Program-made: the position numbers and the translations under genes | The notes under the pieces: model-generated | What the model saw: the letters and a program-made list of their open reading frames with translations, nothing else | Databases searched by the model: none | What the model was told of the DNA's origin: nothing | In this document: positions 39,242 through 46,388 of the stretch, in pieces | Position numbering within the stretch: the first letter of the stretch is position 1 | How the letters are laid out: every line of letters starts with the position of its first letter | Assembly (NCBI GenBank): GCA_028286615.1 | Contig: JAQBRG010000003.1 | Location: 83,330 to 147,329 of the forward strand | Reading direction: 5' to 3' | Length of the DNA stretch: 64,000 bases | Origin: Parcubacteria group bacterium | GTDB taxonomy: Bacteria; Patescibacteriota; Minisyncoccia; Phycocordibacterales; Phycocordibacteraceae

Positions 39242-40150
39242 TTATCCCTCGCTGGCTTCTTTTAGGGCAGCGATGTCAAACTTCTTCATCTTAAGAAATG
39301 CCTGTGTCATACGGGCAATCTTCTCCTTATCTCCGCTTTGCATAACTTCGTTCATTAGCGTAGGTACGATCTGCCAGGACACTCCGTACTTGTCCTTAAG
39401 CCATCCACATTGCTCTGATTCAGGAACTGCTGAGAGCTCTTTCCAGTAGTAATCAATTTCCTCTTGGGTCTCACAATTAACTATCAAGGAGACTGCTTCG
39501 TTAAAGGAGAAGTTGTGCGGACCTGCGCTGTCCATAGCGGTAAACCAGAGATCGGCAAGCTTGAAGTCGGTAAACATAATCGTGCCCTCTTTGCTTGGCT
39601 CCATGCCTGCGGGATACCTTGCAAGCGTACCGCGCTTTGCGTCCTTAAAAACAGAAAGATAGAAGTCAGAAGCTTCCTCGGCCTTCCCACACATCTCCTT
39701 TGTGAACATCAGGGAAGGAATGATGGGTGGTCGTTCCTCACCTTCAGGATTTGTGAAAATTAACTGCCAAGTAAGTCCATATTTATCCTCTACCCAACCG
39801 TATCGCTCGCTAAATGGGTACTTATCGAGAGGCATGAGTGCCTTCCCACCTTCTAAGAGTCTTTCCCATGTCTCGTCGATTCGTTTCCGTGCATCAGCAT
39901 CCTTCGAGGGGTCAAAGTTAACCATGAACGATATTGCGGGATTGAACTTGAAGAAAGGTCCCGCGCTTATAGCCTGGAACGAGGTTCCCATGATGTCGAA
40001 AGATACGATATCGCAATCTCCCGATGGAGTGTCCGTGATTACGGTAGTATTCGTTACTTTCGAGTTGGGAAAGATAGAAGTATAGAAACCGGCTGCTTCT
40101 ACGGCCTCCTTATCAAACCAGAGGTGTGGGACTATCTTTTGCATATACAA
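39242..40150 (-). CDS. VOC/glyoxalase-superfamily protein (tandem PhnB-like domains)
   Basis: [11 protein letters not shown]...AGFY and a repeated half; 302 aa. Confidence 0.6.
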   Translation of the reverse strand: MYMQKIVPHLWFDKEAVEAAGFYTSIFPNSKVTNTTVITDTPSGDCDIVSFDIMGTSFQAISAGPFFKFNPAISFMVNFDPSKDADARKRIDETWERLLEGGKALMPLDKYPFSERYGWVEDKYGLTWQLIFTNPEGEERPPIIPSLMFTKEMCGKAEEASDFYLSVFKDAKRGTLARYPAGMEPSKEGTIMFTDFKLADLWFTAMDSAGPHNFSFNEAVSLIVNCETQEEIDYYWKELSAVPESEQCGWLKDKYGVSWQIVPTLMNEVMQSGDKEKIARMTQAFLKMKKFDIAALKEASEG

Positions 40151-40197
40151 ATTATATTAAATTAATTTGAAACAACAAACACTTCAATTCGGTTCTT

Positions 40198-40222
40198 ATG
40201 GGGCAATGCTGGAATTTTACCA
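40198..40222 (+). repeat. Degenerate copy of the cassette repeat (R1)
   Basis: GGCAATGCTGGAATTTT compared with GACGATGTTGGAACCTTT. Confidence 0.3.
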
Positions 40223-40435
40223 AGGCCACACAAGAGATATCTTTGGTTGCGGAAGCTTGAACAATATCGCCAAAACGACGTAGACAAGACTGACCACAAA
40301 GTACGTAATAATAAACGAGATTATAAGACCTCCGATACGCATATCCGGATACATGCCCTTAATTACCACTTGAGCGAGGAGCGAAAGAGTAATTAAGACA
40401 ACATCAAGAACGATATTTCCTTTCTTGTTTTTCAT
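40217..40435 (-). CDS. Small 2-TM membrane protein (72 aa); cassette gene
   Basis: ORF between repeats R1 and R2, with TATACT about 6 nt upstream of the ATG. Confidence 0.45.
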   Translation of the reverse strand: MKNKKGNIVLDVVLITLSLLAQVVIKGMYPDMRIGGLIISFIITYFVVSLVYVVLAILFKLPQPKISLVWPW

Positions 40436-40453
40436 AGCTTGAGTATAGCTCAG

Positions 40454-40483
40454 TTACTGGCTGCTTGGGACAATGCTGGAACC
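40454..40483 (+). repeat. Cassette repeat R2 (TTACTGGCTGCTTGGGACAATGCTGGAACC)
   Basis: 26/30 identity to the consensus. Confidence 0.7.
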
Positions 40484-40491
40484 TTGTTTGG

Positions 40492-40836
40492 CTAATTCCG
40501 CAGAATTACAAAGACAAGGCACACGAGACCGAATGTTGCTGCCCACACCACTGCCGCGGCTGCCAGATCCTTACTACGTCCAATTGCCTCGTCGTACTCA
40601 GGATGAATCTTGCTAAGTGCTATTTCAATAGATGAATTTTGAAGTTCGGTAACCATTACAAAAAACCAACAGAATACAAGTAACAACAACTCGTCCTTAG
40701 AAATATCGAACAGGAAATAAACAGTTGGCAGGCCGATCGCAGCAAGAAGTATTTCGATACGAACAGCGCTATCGTGATTAACCGCATAATGCAATCCACG
40801 AAACGGGTGCGACAATCGCTTAATCCAGTACTTCAT
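40492..40836 (-). CDS. Diacylglycerol / undecaprenol kinase (DgkA family); cassette gene
   Basis: ...ELQNSSIEIALSKI....DLAAAAVVWA...; 3-TM DAGK_prok pattern. Confidence 0.65.
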   Translation of the reverse strand: MKYWIKRLSHPFRGLHYAVNHDSAVRIEILLAAIGLPTVYFLFDISKDELLLLVFCWFFVMVTELQNSSIEIALSKIHPEYDEAIGRSKDLAAAAVVWAATFGLVCLVFVILRN

Positions 40837-40853
40837 ACTAATCAGTATATCCC

Positions 40854-40883
40854 TAGATGGGAGCCTGAAATGATCTTGGAACC
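40854..40883 (+). repeat. Cassette repeat R3 (diverged)
   Basis: TAGATGGGAGCCTGAAATGATCTTGGAACC. Confidence 0.5.
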
Positions 40884-40890
40884 GTTATAC

Positions 40891-40919
40891 TTGACACTAA
40901 GCTTTAATAGTGTTATCTT
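40891..40919 (+). promoter_or_regulatory. Sigma-70 promoter TTGACA-N17-TATCTT
   Basis: Directly after R3, about 28 nt before the 33-aa ORF's Shine-Dalgarno site. Confidence 0.5.
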
Positions 40920-40946
40920 TCTATTAGGAACAGAAGGGAGACCGGT

Positions 40947-41048
40947 ATGAAAACGCCAACCATCGTGCGCCATCGGAACAATGGTCGTGGCGGCTGGGAA
41001 ACCTGGCACAGCTACGACAACGGCAAGACCTGGACTATGGTGACCTGA
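40947..41048 (+). CDS. 33-aa Trp-rich micro-protein (MKTPTIVRHRNNGRGGWETWHSYDNGKTWTMVT)
   Basis: Own promoter, GAAGGGAG Shine-Dalgarno site, and a perfect 10-bp-stem terminator immediately downstream. Confidence 0.45.
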   Translation: MKTPTIVRHRNNGRGGWETWHSYDNGKTWTMVT

Positions 41049-41068
41049 TATCACCGCTCCAGCCCCCA

Positions 41069-41104
41069 CGCGACCCTCGAGAATTCGAGGGTCGCTTCTT
41101 TATT
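41069..41104 (+). terminator. Rho-independent terminator
   Basis: GCGACCCTCG-AGAATT-CGAGGGTCGC then TTCTTTATT. Confidence 0.65.
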
Positions 41105-41109
41105 ACTAA

Positions 41110-41139
41110 ATGCTGGCAGACAGGGGCAGTATCGGGACT
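41110..41139 (+). repeat. Cassette repeat R3b (partial: TGCTGGCAGACAGGGGCAGTATCGGGAC)
   Basis: 5' half matches the consensus TGCTGGCAGTCTGGG. Confidence 0.4.
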
Positions 41140-41143
41140 TTTA

Positions 41144-41635
41144 TTACCATGGGCACAGGGGTGTTTCAGTGCCCGGAATAACTTCCTGACTCCCCCATAC
41201 GAGAGCGTGGGTCGACCAGAACTCCTTGCTCTGCTCGGATAAGTGGTCCCCTCCTGGAAATGAAGGTGTGTCCCGTCCAACAAATGCCGTATATAAATCA
41301 TACCCGCCCTCAGACTTTCGGAGTGCGATGGTAATCCAGCTTGTGGGGGTTGATTCTTTGCCTTTTACAAAGCGTGAGTAGATGCTGCGACGAGGACGCA
41401 AGGCATAAACAATCTCATCTCCTTCTACGGTCTCCACCAAGTCTGTTGTACCAATTATCTCTCCCAGGTCCTTCTCCACACGTATCCACTCCCCACCACC
41501 CTCAAGTGTGGGAATAATGTGCTCAACAACATCCAGCAGCTTTGGATGGTGTTTAAAATGCGTCATTGAGTGGGAAGTGTCTGTATCCAAATATACGTCC
41601 TCGCCATTTTTTGTCTTACTAATTAGCTTCCTCAT
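41144..41635 (-). CDS. Hypothetical protein (163 aa); cassette gene
   Basis: ORF between R3b and R4. Confidence 0.5.
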   Translation of the reverse strand: MRKLISKTKNGEDVYLDTDTSHSMTHFKHHPKLLDVVEHIIPTLEGGGEWIRVEKDLGEIIGTTDLVETVEGDEIVYALRPRRSIYSRFVKGKESTPTSWITIALRKSEGGYDLYTAFVGRDTPSFPGGDHLSEQSKEFWSTHALVWGSQEVIPGTETPLCPW

Positions 41636-41655
41636 TGGGTGAAGTGTACCAAATA

Positions 41656-41685
41656 TTGCCGGATGGCTGGGACGGTGTTGGAACC
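41656..41685 (+). repeat. Cassette repeat R4
   Basis: TTGCCGGATGGCTGGGACGGTGTTGGAACC. Confidence 0.7.
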
Positions 41686-41688
41686 TTT

Positions 41689-42354
41689 CTACGTATTCTC
41701 CGAGTTTCCAGATAGCGAAGCAAGGAGCACTGGCAATTCGTTTAATGACTGAATGTGATACTCCGCCTTTGTTATGTCTAATGTATTGAAATCAGGATTC
41801 AGAATACTCACCACCCTGATGCCGGCTCTTTGCGCTGCTTCGATACCACGCGGAGCATCCTCGACGACAATAGCTTGACCTGCAGATGCATTCATTCTTT
41901 TGAGAGCCGTTATGTAGCTATCAGGAGATGGCTTCGGCTCTTTATAATCTTCGCGGAAAATAATTGTCTTGAGCAGGTCTCTAATAGGACTATCCTTGTA
42001 TGACAGCTCAAACATTTCCTTCCGTGTATTTGTAACTACACATAAGTCATAGGTCTTTGCGAGTTCTGAAAGAACCTTTGGAGCAGAAGGCTCTGTCATG
42101 TTGCCAAGCTCCGCCTGCTTCCATTTCCTGTCCCGTTCTGCAGTAAACTTTTCTGCAATATTGCTGTCATATCCCTTACTCTTAAGCCAGCCGGATGAAC
42201 CCAAGCCTGTTAGGAACGTATGCTGAATAAAATCCTCACGCGTATATGTAATTCCTAACGATTCGAATACCTCCTGGTTTAATTCAAAGATAAAGCGTTC
42301 GGTATGCACTAACACGCCATCATTATCAAAAAGAATTGTTGTTATCTTGGCCAT
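41689..42354 (-). CDS. HAD-superfamily hydrolase (cassette gene)
   Basis: N-terminal DxD motif ILFDNDGVL; HAD motifs II-IV. Confidence 0.7.
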   Translation of the reverse strand: MAKITTILFDNDGVLVHTERFIFELNQEVFESLGITYTREDFIQHTFLTGLGSSGWLKSKGYDSNIAEKFTAERDRKWKQAELGNMTEPSAPKVLSELAKTYDLCVVTNTRKEMFELSYKDSPIRDLLKTIIFREDYKEPKPSPDSYITALKRMNASAGQAIVVEDAPRGIEAAQRAGIRVVSILNPDFNTLDITKAEYHIQSLNELPVLLASLSGNSENT

Positions 42355-42377
42355 ATAAAAACTATAGCAGCTCTAAG

Positions 42378-42408
42378 TGTGGCTGGCAGTCTGGGACCAT
42401 GTTGGAAC
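42378..42408 (+). repeat. Cassette repeat R5
   Basis: GTGGCTGGCAGTCTGGGACCATGTTGGAACT. Confidence 0.7.
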
Positions 42409-42412
42409 TTAT

Positions 42413-43069
42413 TTAAATATCGAGATAGGTAATATCAGGAATAATCGTCTCAGCTCCTAAATCTTTCGCCTCCTCCTCTGTTAGCTGCCCCGTAAGGACA
42501 ACGATAGGCTGTACCTTTGCCGCTTGAGCCATGAGAACGTCGCCCTTGGCATCACCTACCATAACTGCCTCTTCAGGAAGGATAGTAAGTTCTTTCAGGA
42601 TTTTAAGAAGCAGGTCAGGATATGGCTTTCCACGTGAGGGATCAGGTAGCTCTGAACTTGAAGCTATAGTCGAAAAAATCCCCTCCATGTTAAAGCGCGG
42701 CAATATCTGTTCCCTAAGCAGCGTTCCGTTCATTCCCGTAGCGATGGCAAGTTGATACGTCTCTTTCAATTCTCTCAGCTTCTCGTCTGCGCCAGGGATG
42801 AGTTCTAATGCTGCAGAGAAGGTATTAGTGAAAATACATTGCTCATAGTATTCAGAGATACTATTTAGTAACGGATTCTTATCTCCTACAATGCTCGCGA
42901 TAACATCGCGGTGCGGCCTTCCCCAAAGTTCGCGCACCTTTGTGCGTATCTCATCAGGATCTTTCTCTACTCCCAAATGCTTTATGGCAGCGGTATAACA
43001 TGCGTAGTATCCCTCGGATGAGCCGCGCGTAATACAGTCGTCCCAATCGAGGACTACGAGTTTGATCAT
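42413..43069 (-). CDS. HAD-superfamily hydrolase (second, divergent paralogue; cassette gene)
   Basis: LVVLDWDDCI DxD motif; ...VGDAKGD... motif IV. Confidence 0.7.
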   Translation of the reverse strand: MIKLVVLDWDDCITRGSSEGYYACYTAAIKHLGVEKDPDEIRTKVRELWGRPHRDVIASIVGDKNPLLNSISEYYEQCIFTNTFSAALELIPGADEKLRELKETYQLAIATGMNGTLLREQILPRFNMEGIFSTIASSSELPDPSRGKPYPDLLLKILKELTILPEEAVMVGDAKGDVLMAQAAKVQPIVVLTGQLTEEEAKDLGAETIIPDITYLDI

Positions 43070-43093
43070 GTGCGAAGTATATCAGCCGGAATA

Positions 43094-43123
43094 TTGCTGG
43101 CAGTCTGGGACGATGTTGGAACC
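43094..43123 (+). repeat. Cassette repeat R6 (perfect consensus TTGCTGGCAGTCTGGGACGATGTTGGAACC)
   Basis: Identical to R7. The following roughly 30 nt (..TGCAAC..GGTTCTGTCTAG) are also shared with R7. Confidence 0.8.
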
Positions 43124-43171
43124 TTTCTGCAACGTATGGTAGGTTCTGTCTAGGATAGAAGGAACCTGAAC

Positions 43172-43375
43172 ATGTGCAATGAAGTTGACTGCGTCATCCT
43201 TTGGCACTATTACGACGCCAACCATCAGCTCGTAAACTCGTCCAGCACCCATTTGACGGGTTCGATGGAGAATCTCAACGAACGCATACGGGAGGCTCAT
43301 GGGGAGACTACGGCTAACCAGCTCGCGGGAAAACCGTATTCGGTAGTCGCGCAGATCATTCCAAGTAGAGTTTAA
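43172..43375 (+). CDS. Small hypothetical protein (67 aa); cassette gene
   Basis: Shine-Dalgarno site GAAGGA, followed by a hairpin terminator (GCACCCAGCGG...CCGTTGGGTGC, TTCTGTTTTT). Confidence 0.45.
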   Translation: MCNEVDCVILWHYYDANHQLVNSSSTHLTGSMENLNERIREAHGETTANQLAGKPYSVVAQIIPSRV

Positions 43376-43430
43376 ATTTGGGTATGCACCCAGCGGGAGT
43401 CATTCATCCGTTGGGTGCTTCTGTTTTTCG

Positions 43431-43460
43431 TTGCTGGCAGTCTGGGACGATGTTGGAACC
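43431..43460 (+). repeat. Cassette repeat R7 (perfect consensus)
   Basis: TTGCTGGCAGTCTGGGACGATGTTGGAACC. Confidence 0.8.
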
Positions 43461-43508
43461 TCCCTGCAATTTATGCTAGGTTCTGTCTAGACAACAAAGG
43501 AGGTCATC

Positions 43509-43718
43509 GTGTCCAAGACACCAGCTACCAAGCCCATCAATCCAGCTGAAGTGCGAGCTGCCATCAAGAAACTGGCTGCCCATGGATTTCATGAACGTAT
43601 GCGCCAAGTGACTGGCGATCAAGCACATCGCATCTTGCCGGAAATCTGGCCTGTCATCGAGGAGATCTGTCTCATAGCTGACGCGTGCGAGGCCGAAATC
43701 ATCGAGGTGCAGGGTTAA
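43509..43718 (+). CDS. Small hypothetical protein (69 aa, GTG start); cassette gene
   Basis: AAAGGAGG Shine-Dalgarno site 5 nt upstream of GTG; terminator downstream. Confidence 0.5.
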   Translation: MSKTPATKPINPAEVRAAIKKLAAHGFHERMRQVTGDQAHRILPEIWPVIEEICLIADACEAEIIEVQG

Positions 43719-43752
43719 GGTATCTGACACTCGCCCCAGTTTATAGATTCGC

Positions 43753-43797
43753 GACCGAACAAGGAAAGACCGTTCCTGTGTTCGGTCTTTTCTTTTG
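43753..43797 (+). terminator. Rho-independent terminator
   Basis: GACCGAACA...TGTTCGGTC then TTTTCTTTT. Confidence 0.6.
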
Positions 43798-43827
43798 TTG
43801 CTGGCTGTGTGGGACGATGTTGGAACT
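43798..43827 (+). repeat. Cassette repeat R8
   Basis: TTGCTGGCTGTGTGGGACGATGTTGGAACT. Confidence 0.75.
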
Positions 43828-43834
43828 TTTATAC

Positions 43835-43863
43835 TTGACAATTACTATCAATAGTAGTAAGAT
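43835..43863 (+). promoter_or_regulatory. Sigma-70 promoter TTGACA-N17-TAAGAT
   Basis: Immediately after R8. Confidence 0.5.
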
Positions 43864-43962
43864 GCAGTTAATTCTAGTTCGTATGAGCTAGTCGTTCCGT
43901 TCGCGGGATAAGGAGGTTCGGTTCCTGCCTCATTCAAGGAACCATGTACTTTGGAGGGTCGT

Positions 43963-44271
43963 ATGACCACCATTTCCGCAACTATAACTGGTGGGCCGTC
44001 GAAGTTCGATTTGATGCTCGCGCTGTTTGACCGCAAGTCAATCAACACGCGAGATGTCGAGTTCAAGCTTGGTGGCCCCGGCAAGATTTCGGCGCTCGTC
44101 GTCATTGATGCCGTCGAAGCCCAAAATGCCTCCGGCGACTACTGGAGCTACAAGGGCCATGTGCGGAGAATGCTTCCGCACCAGAAAGATGGTGTTCCTC
44201 CCCCACCTCTAAAGGTTGAGGGCTCGTATCACACCACCGACCGGCAAGGTTCGATGCGAACCGTCGACTGA
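43963..44271 (+). CDS. Hypothetical protein of about 102 aa, GC-rich (cassette gene). The track ORF starts at 43951.
   Basis: GGAGGG then ATG; about 57% GC. The antisense ORFs 43848..44105 and 44102..44347 are judged spurious. Confidence 0.45.
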   Translation: MTTISATITGGPSKFDLMLALFDRKSINTRDVEFKLGGPGKISALVVIDAVEAQNASGDYWSYKGHVRRMLPHQKDGVPPPPLKVEGSYHTTDRQGSMRTVD

Positions 44272-44347
44272 CGAACATGGGCCCGGACGAGATTAACTTC
44301 TCGCTCCGGGCTCTAACTATTTCCCGTTTGCACACTTTTGATAGCAC

Positions 44348-44377
44348 TTGCTGGCAGTCTGGGACGATATTGGAACC
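44348..44377 (+). repeat. Cassette repeat R9
   Basis: TTGCTGGCAGTCTGGGACGATATTGGAACC. Confidence 0.8.
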
Positions 44378-44387
44378 CTGTTTGCAT

Positions 44388-44825
44388 CTAATCTATAAGG
44401 TCTTTGGCCTTAAGGTCATCAAAAATGATTTGATCGACTGGAGAAGTAATATCTTTCTTTGAGTAATCAAACCAATCCATCAGCTCTACTTCGGCACTAG
44501 GTGTCAGATTGCCCGAATACTGTGCTTGATAACATGTCATGCGTACGACTGTTCCTTCAGGCTTTCCATGTGCCTGAGCCTCAAAAATGCCGTAGAGGAC
44601 AATAGTTGACGGGTCGATATCTACGTCCAGCTCCTCTTTCACTTCTCGAATTAGCGCTTGCTCATCAGTTTCTTGACCATCACGCTTTCCGCCTGGTATA
44701 TACCACGTATCTTTGCCCAGACTCTTAGTTTCAAGAACCTTTCTGTCTCGCAGCTCAATAAAGGCTAGCTTGTCGATGTATGTTTTCTCCATGTCTTTAG
44801 ATTCTAACTTAAGTGCTGCGGGCAT
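44388..44825 (-). CDS. NUDIX hydrolase (cassette gene)
   Basis: Nudix box GGKRDGQETDEQALIREVKEELDVD. Confidence 0.75.
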   Translation of the reverse strand: MPAALKLESKDMEKTYIDKLAFIELRDRKVLETKSLGKDTWYIPGGKRDGQETDEQALIREVKEELDVDIDPSTIVLYGIFEAQAHGKPEGTVVRMTCYQAQYSGNLTPSAEVELMDWFDYSKKDITSPVDQIIFDDLKAKDLID

Positions 44826-44842
44826 TGAGCGGGGTTAGAACT
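44802..44842 (+). repeat. Cassette repeat R10, second variant, with terminal inverted repeats TTCTAAC...GTTAGAA
   Basis: ATTCTAACTTAAGTGCTGCGGGCATTGAGCGGGGTTAGAAC. Confidence 0.65.
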
Positions 44843-44860
44843 AACTTACTCTCCGTACAT

Positions 44861-44889
44861 TGACATATTCACTAAAAGTAAGTATCATG
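44861..44889 (+). promoter_or_regulatory. Sigma-70 promoter TTGACA-N17-TATCAT
   Basis: Right after R10, upstream of the 45009 gene. Confidence 0.55.
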
Positions 44890-45008
44890 ATGTCGGCTGT
44901 ATATTGAAACGCTAGTTGCGTTCACCGCAGCAGAAAGGGGCTTATGGCCCTTCCCTGCTGTGGTGAACCCATACCGGGAAGACTGCGGTATATGAGAAGG
45001 AGATTGTC

Positions 45009-45638
45009 ATGGCGGGAACCCCTGTCGACGGCGATCTGTTCTATGCAATAGACGGCAAACTGCACGAGCTTAAGGGGCAGACACGCCTCAAGAGTGGCTA
45101 TCCGTTCAATCCACGTCGATTGAACTGGATGCTCCAGCAGCTCATTGAGGGCAACTTCTGCTCCGAGCTGCTCGACTTCAAAATGGATCTGCTGCTCAAG
45201 GGTGCAGAACGCTTCCACGTCGCTGAACACTTCAAGCAAGCTGCATCGAAGGATGCAGAAGTCCAAATGGAGCAGACGCACATCTGCGACATCGAGACCG
45301 GCATGAGTGTGGACCCTGAGTGGCTTAACTACTTCGAGGAACATGTCCCAGACGTGGCCGCGAAACTCTTCCGGATCAAATCCATGGGTGCTCAGGCCGC
45401 TGTCACGTGGCGGGAACTCGAGGAATGCTACGGCGCAAGGCCGGTCCGGTTCGTTCACATCTACGACTTCCTGAGGCAGAAGATTCCCCTTTCAGGAGGT
45501 TATCTCACCTTCTTCGCAGAGAAGGACGGCAAGATGTGCACGGTTGTCGCCCAAAAGCTTTCTCGGGGGTGGCACATAATGGTCTATCCGGTCTATCTGG
45601 AACTTCTGAGTGAAACGTACATCATCGTAGCCGTCTAG
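45009..45638 (+). CDS. Hypothetical protein (209 aa), GC-rich; cassette gene
   Basis: AAGGAG Shine-Dalgarno site; promoter upstream; structured leader. The antisense ORF 44922..45458 is judged spurious. Confidence 0.55.
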   Translation: MAGTPVDGDLFYAIDGKLHELKGQTRLKSGYPFNPRRLNWMLQQLIEGNFCSELLDFKMDLLLKGAERFHVAEHFKQAASKDAEVQMEQTHICDIETGMSVDPEWLNYFEEHVPDVAAKLFRIKSMGAQAAVTWRELEECYGARPVRFVHIYDFLRQKIPLSGGYLTFFAEKDGKMCTVVAQKLSRGWHIMVYPVYLELLSETYIIVAV

Positions 45639-45754
45639 ACCGCAACTAGCGATCGCCCGCCATGTCCTCGGACCTTTGGCGGGTTTTCGTTTATATAAAA
45701 GTTCTAACTTCAATAATCCTTCGTCACAGAACCTCTTACTTAAGACGTTATTTG

Positions 45755-45784
45755 AGTGCTGCGGGAACTGAACGAGGTTAGAAC
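45755..45784 (+). repeat. Cassette repeat R11 (second variant)
   Basis: AGTGCTGCGGGAACTGAACGAGGTTAGAAC; abuts the stop of the YbaK-like gene. Confidence 0.65.
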
Positions 45785-46341
45785 TATACTGCAGGGTTCG
45801 CCAGCCCTTCTACTACCTCGACATTCGACTGTGTCTTAAGAAAAGCAGTCGGGACAAGCAGTTTAGAAACTTGCTTCCCACCTCCGACAATAATCTTCTC
45901 TTTCTGCATTAACCGACTATCGATAAGCACTTTCCACGATTCTGGAAGGCCTACGGGGGTAATGCTTCCGTATTCCATGCCAGTTTCCTGTATGACCTCT
46001 TCCAAAGGGGCCATGGATACTTTCTTTGCGTTCAGTTTCTCGCAGACAAGACCGTTAAGGTCAGCGCGGTAGCCAACCGGAACAAGCACGGCAGCCATCA
46101 TTCTTTCTTCTCCCCTCTTTCCTTTCACAACTATGCAGTTTGCTCCGTCTTCAAGATTCACGTCATAGTGATCTGAAAGAGCACTTCCATTCATATACTG
46201 AGGGTCGATCTTCCCCACTAGCACCTCAGAATCCTTTACAACCGCATACACAGATTTGCTGACCAGTTCTGCGTGGTCTTTTACTGGCTGAAAATCGAGA
46301 TGTTCTTTCATATAGAAAGTGTACCAAGTTCTAATGTCCAA
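45784..46341 (-). CDS. YbaK/ProX/EbsC-family aminoacyl-tRNA deacylase-like protein
   Basis: 185 aa with a YbaK-like editing-domain pattern (..KGKRG....AAVL..). Confidence 0.55.
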   Translation of the reverse strand: MDIRTWYTFYMKEHLDFQPVKDHAELVSKSVYAVVKDSEVLVGKIDPQYMNGSALSDHYDVNLEDGANCIVVKGKRGEERMMAAVLVPVGYRADLNGLVCEKLNAKKVSMAPLEEVIQETGMEYGSITPVGLPESWKVLIDSRLMQKEKIIVGGGKQVSKLLVPTAFLKTQSNVEVVEGLANPAV

Positions 46342-46388
46342 AACACCTGCGTCAGAAAACCCAATATTTAATACCTTTCCAAGCGAGC

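Noticed and set aside
41689-43069. Tandem HAD hydrolases as a simple recent duplication
   Set aside because: The two proteins are clearly divergent (different cap regions and N-termini, MAKITTILFDNDG vs MIKLVVLDWDDC). They are independent cassettes rather than a fresh tandem duplicate.
43476-44347. Minus-strand ORFs 43476..43841, 43848..44105 and 44102..44347
   Set aside because: They are antisense to the Shine-Dalgarno-bearing plus-strand cassette ORFs at 43509 and 43963. Terminators and promoters support plus-strand transcription here.
44922-45458. 178-aa minus-strand ORF
   Set aside because: It overlaps the plus-strand 209-aa gene, which has a clear promoter, leader and Shine-Dalgarno site. 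I kept the plus-strand gene as the call.
40190-45790. Whether the 30-bp repeats are a CRISPR array
   Set aside because: The units between repeats are 300–900 bp and contain complete genes with promoters and terminators. The repeats are imperfect and not regularly spaced, and there is no leader or cas gene. This does not behave like a CRISPR array.
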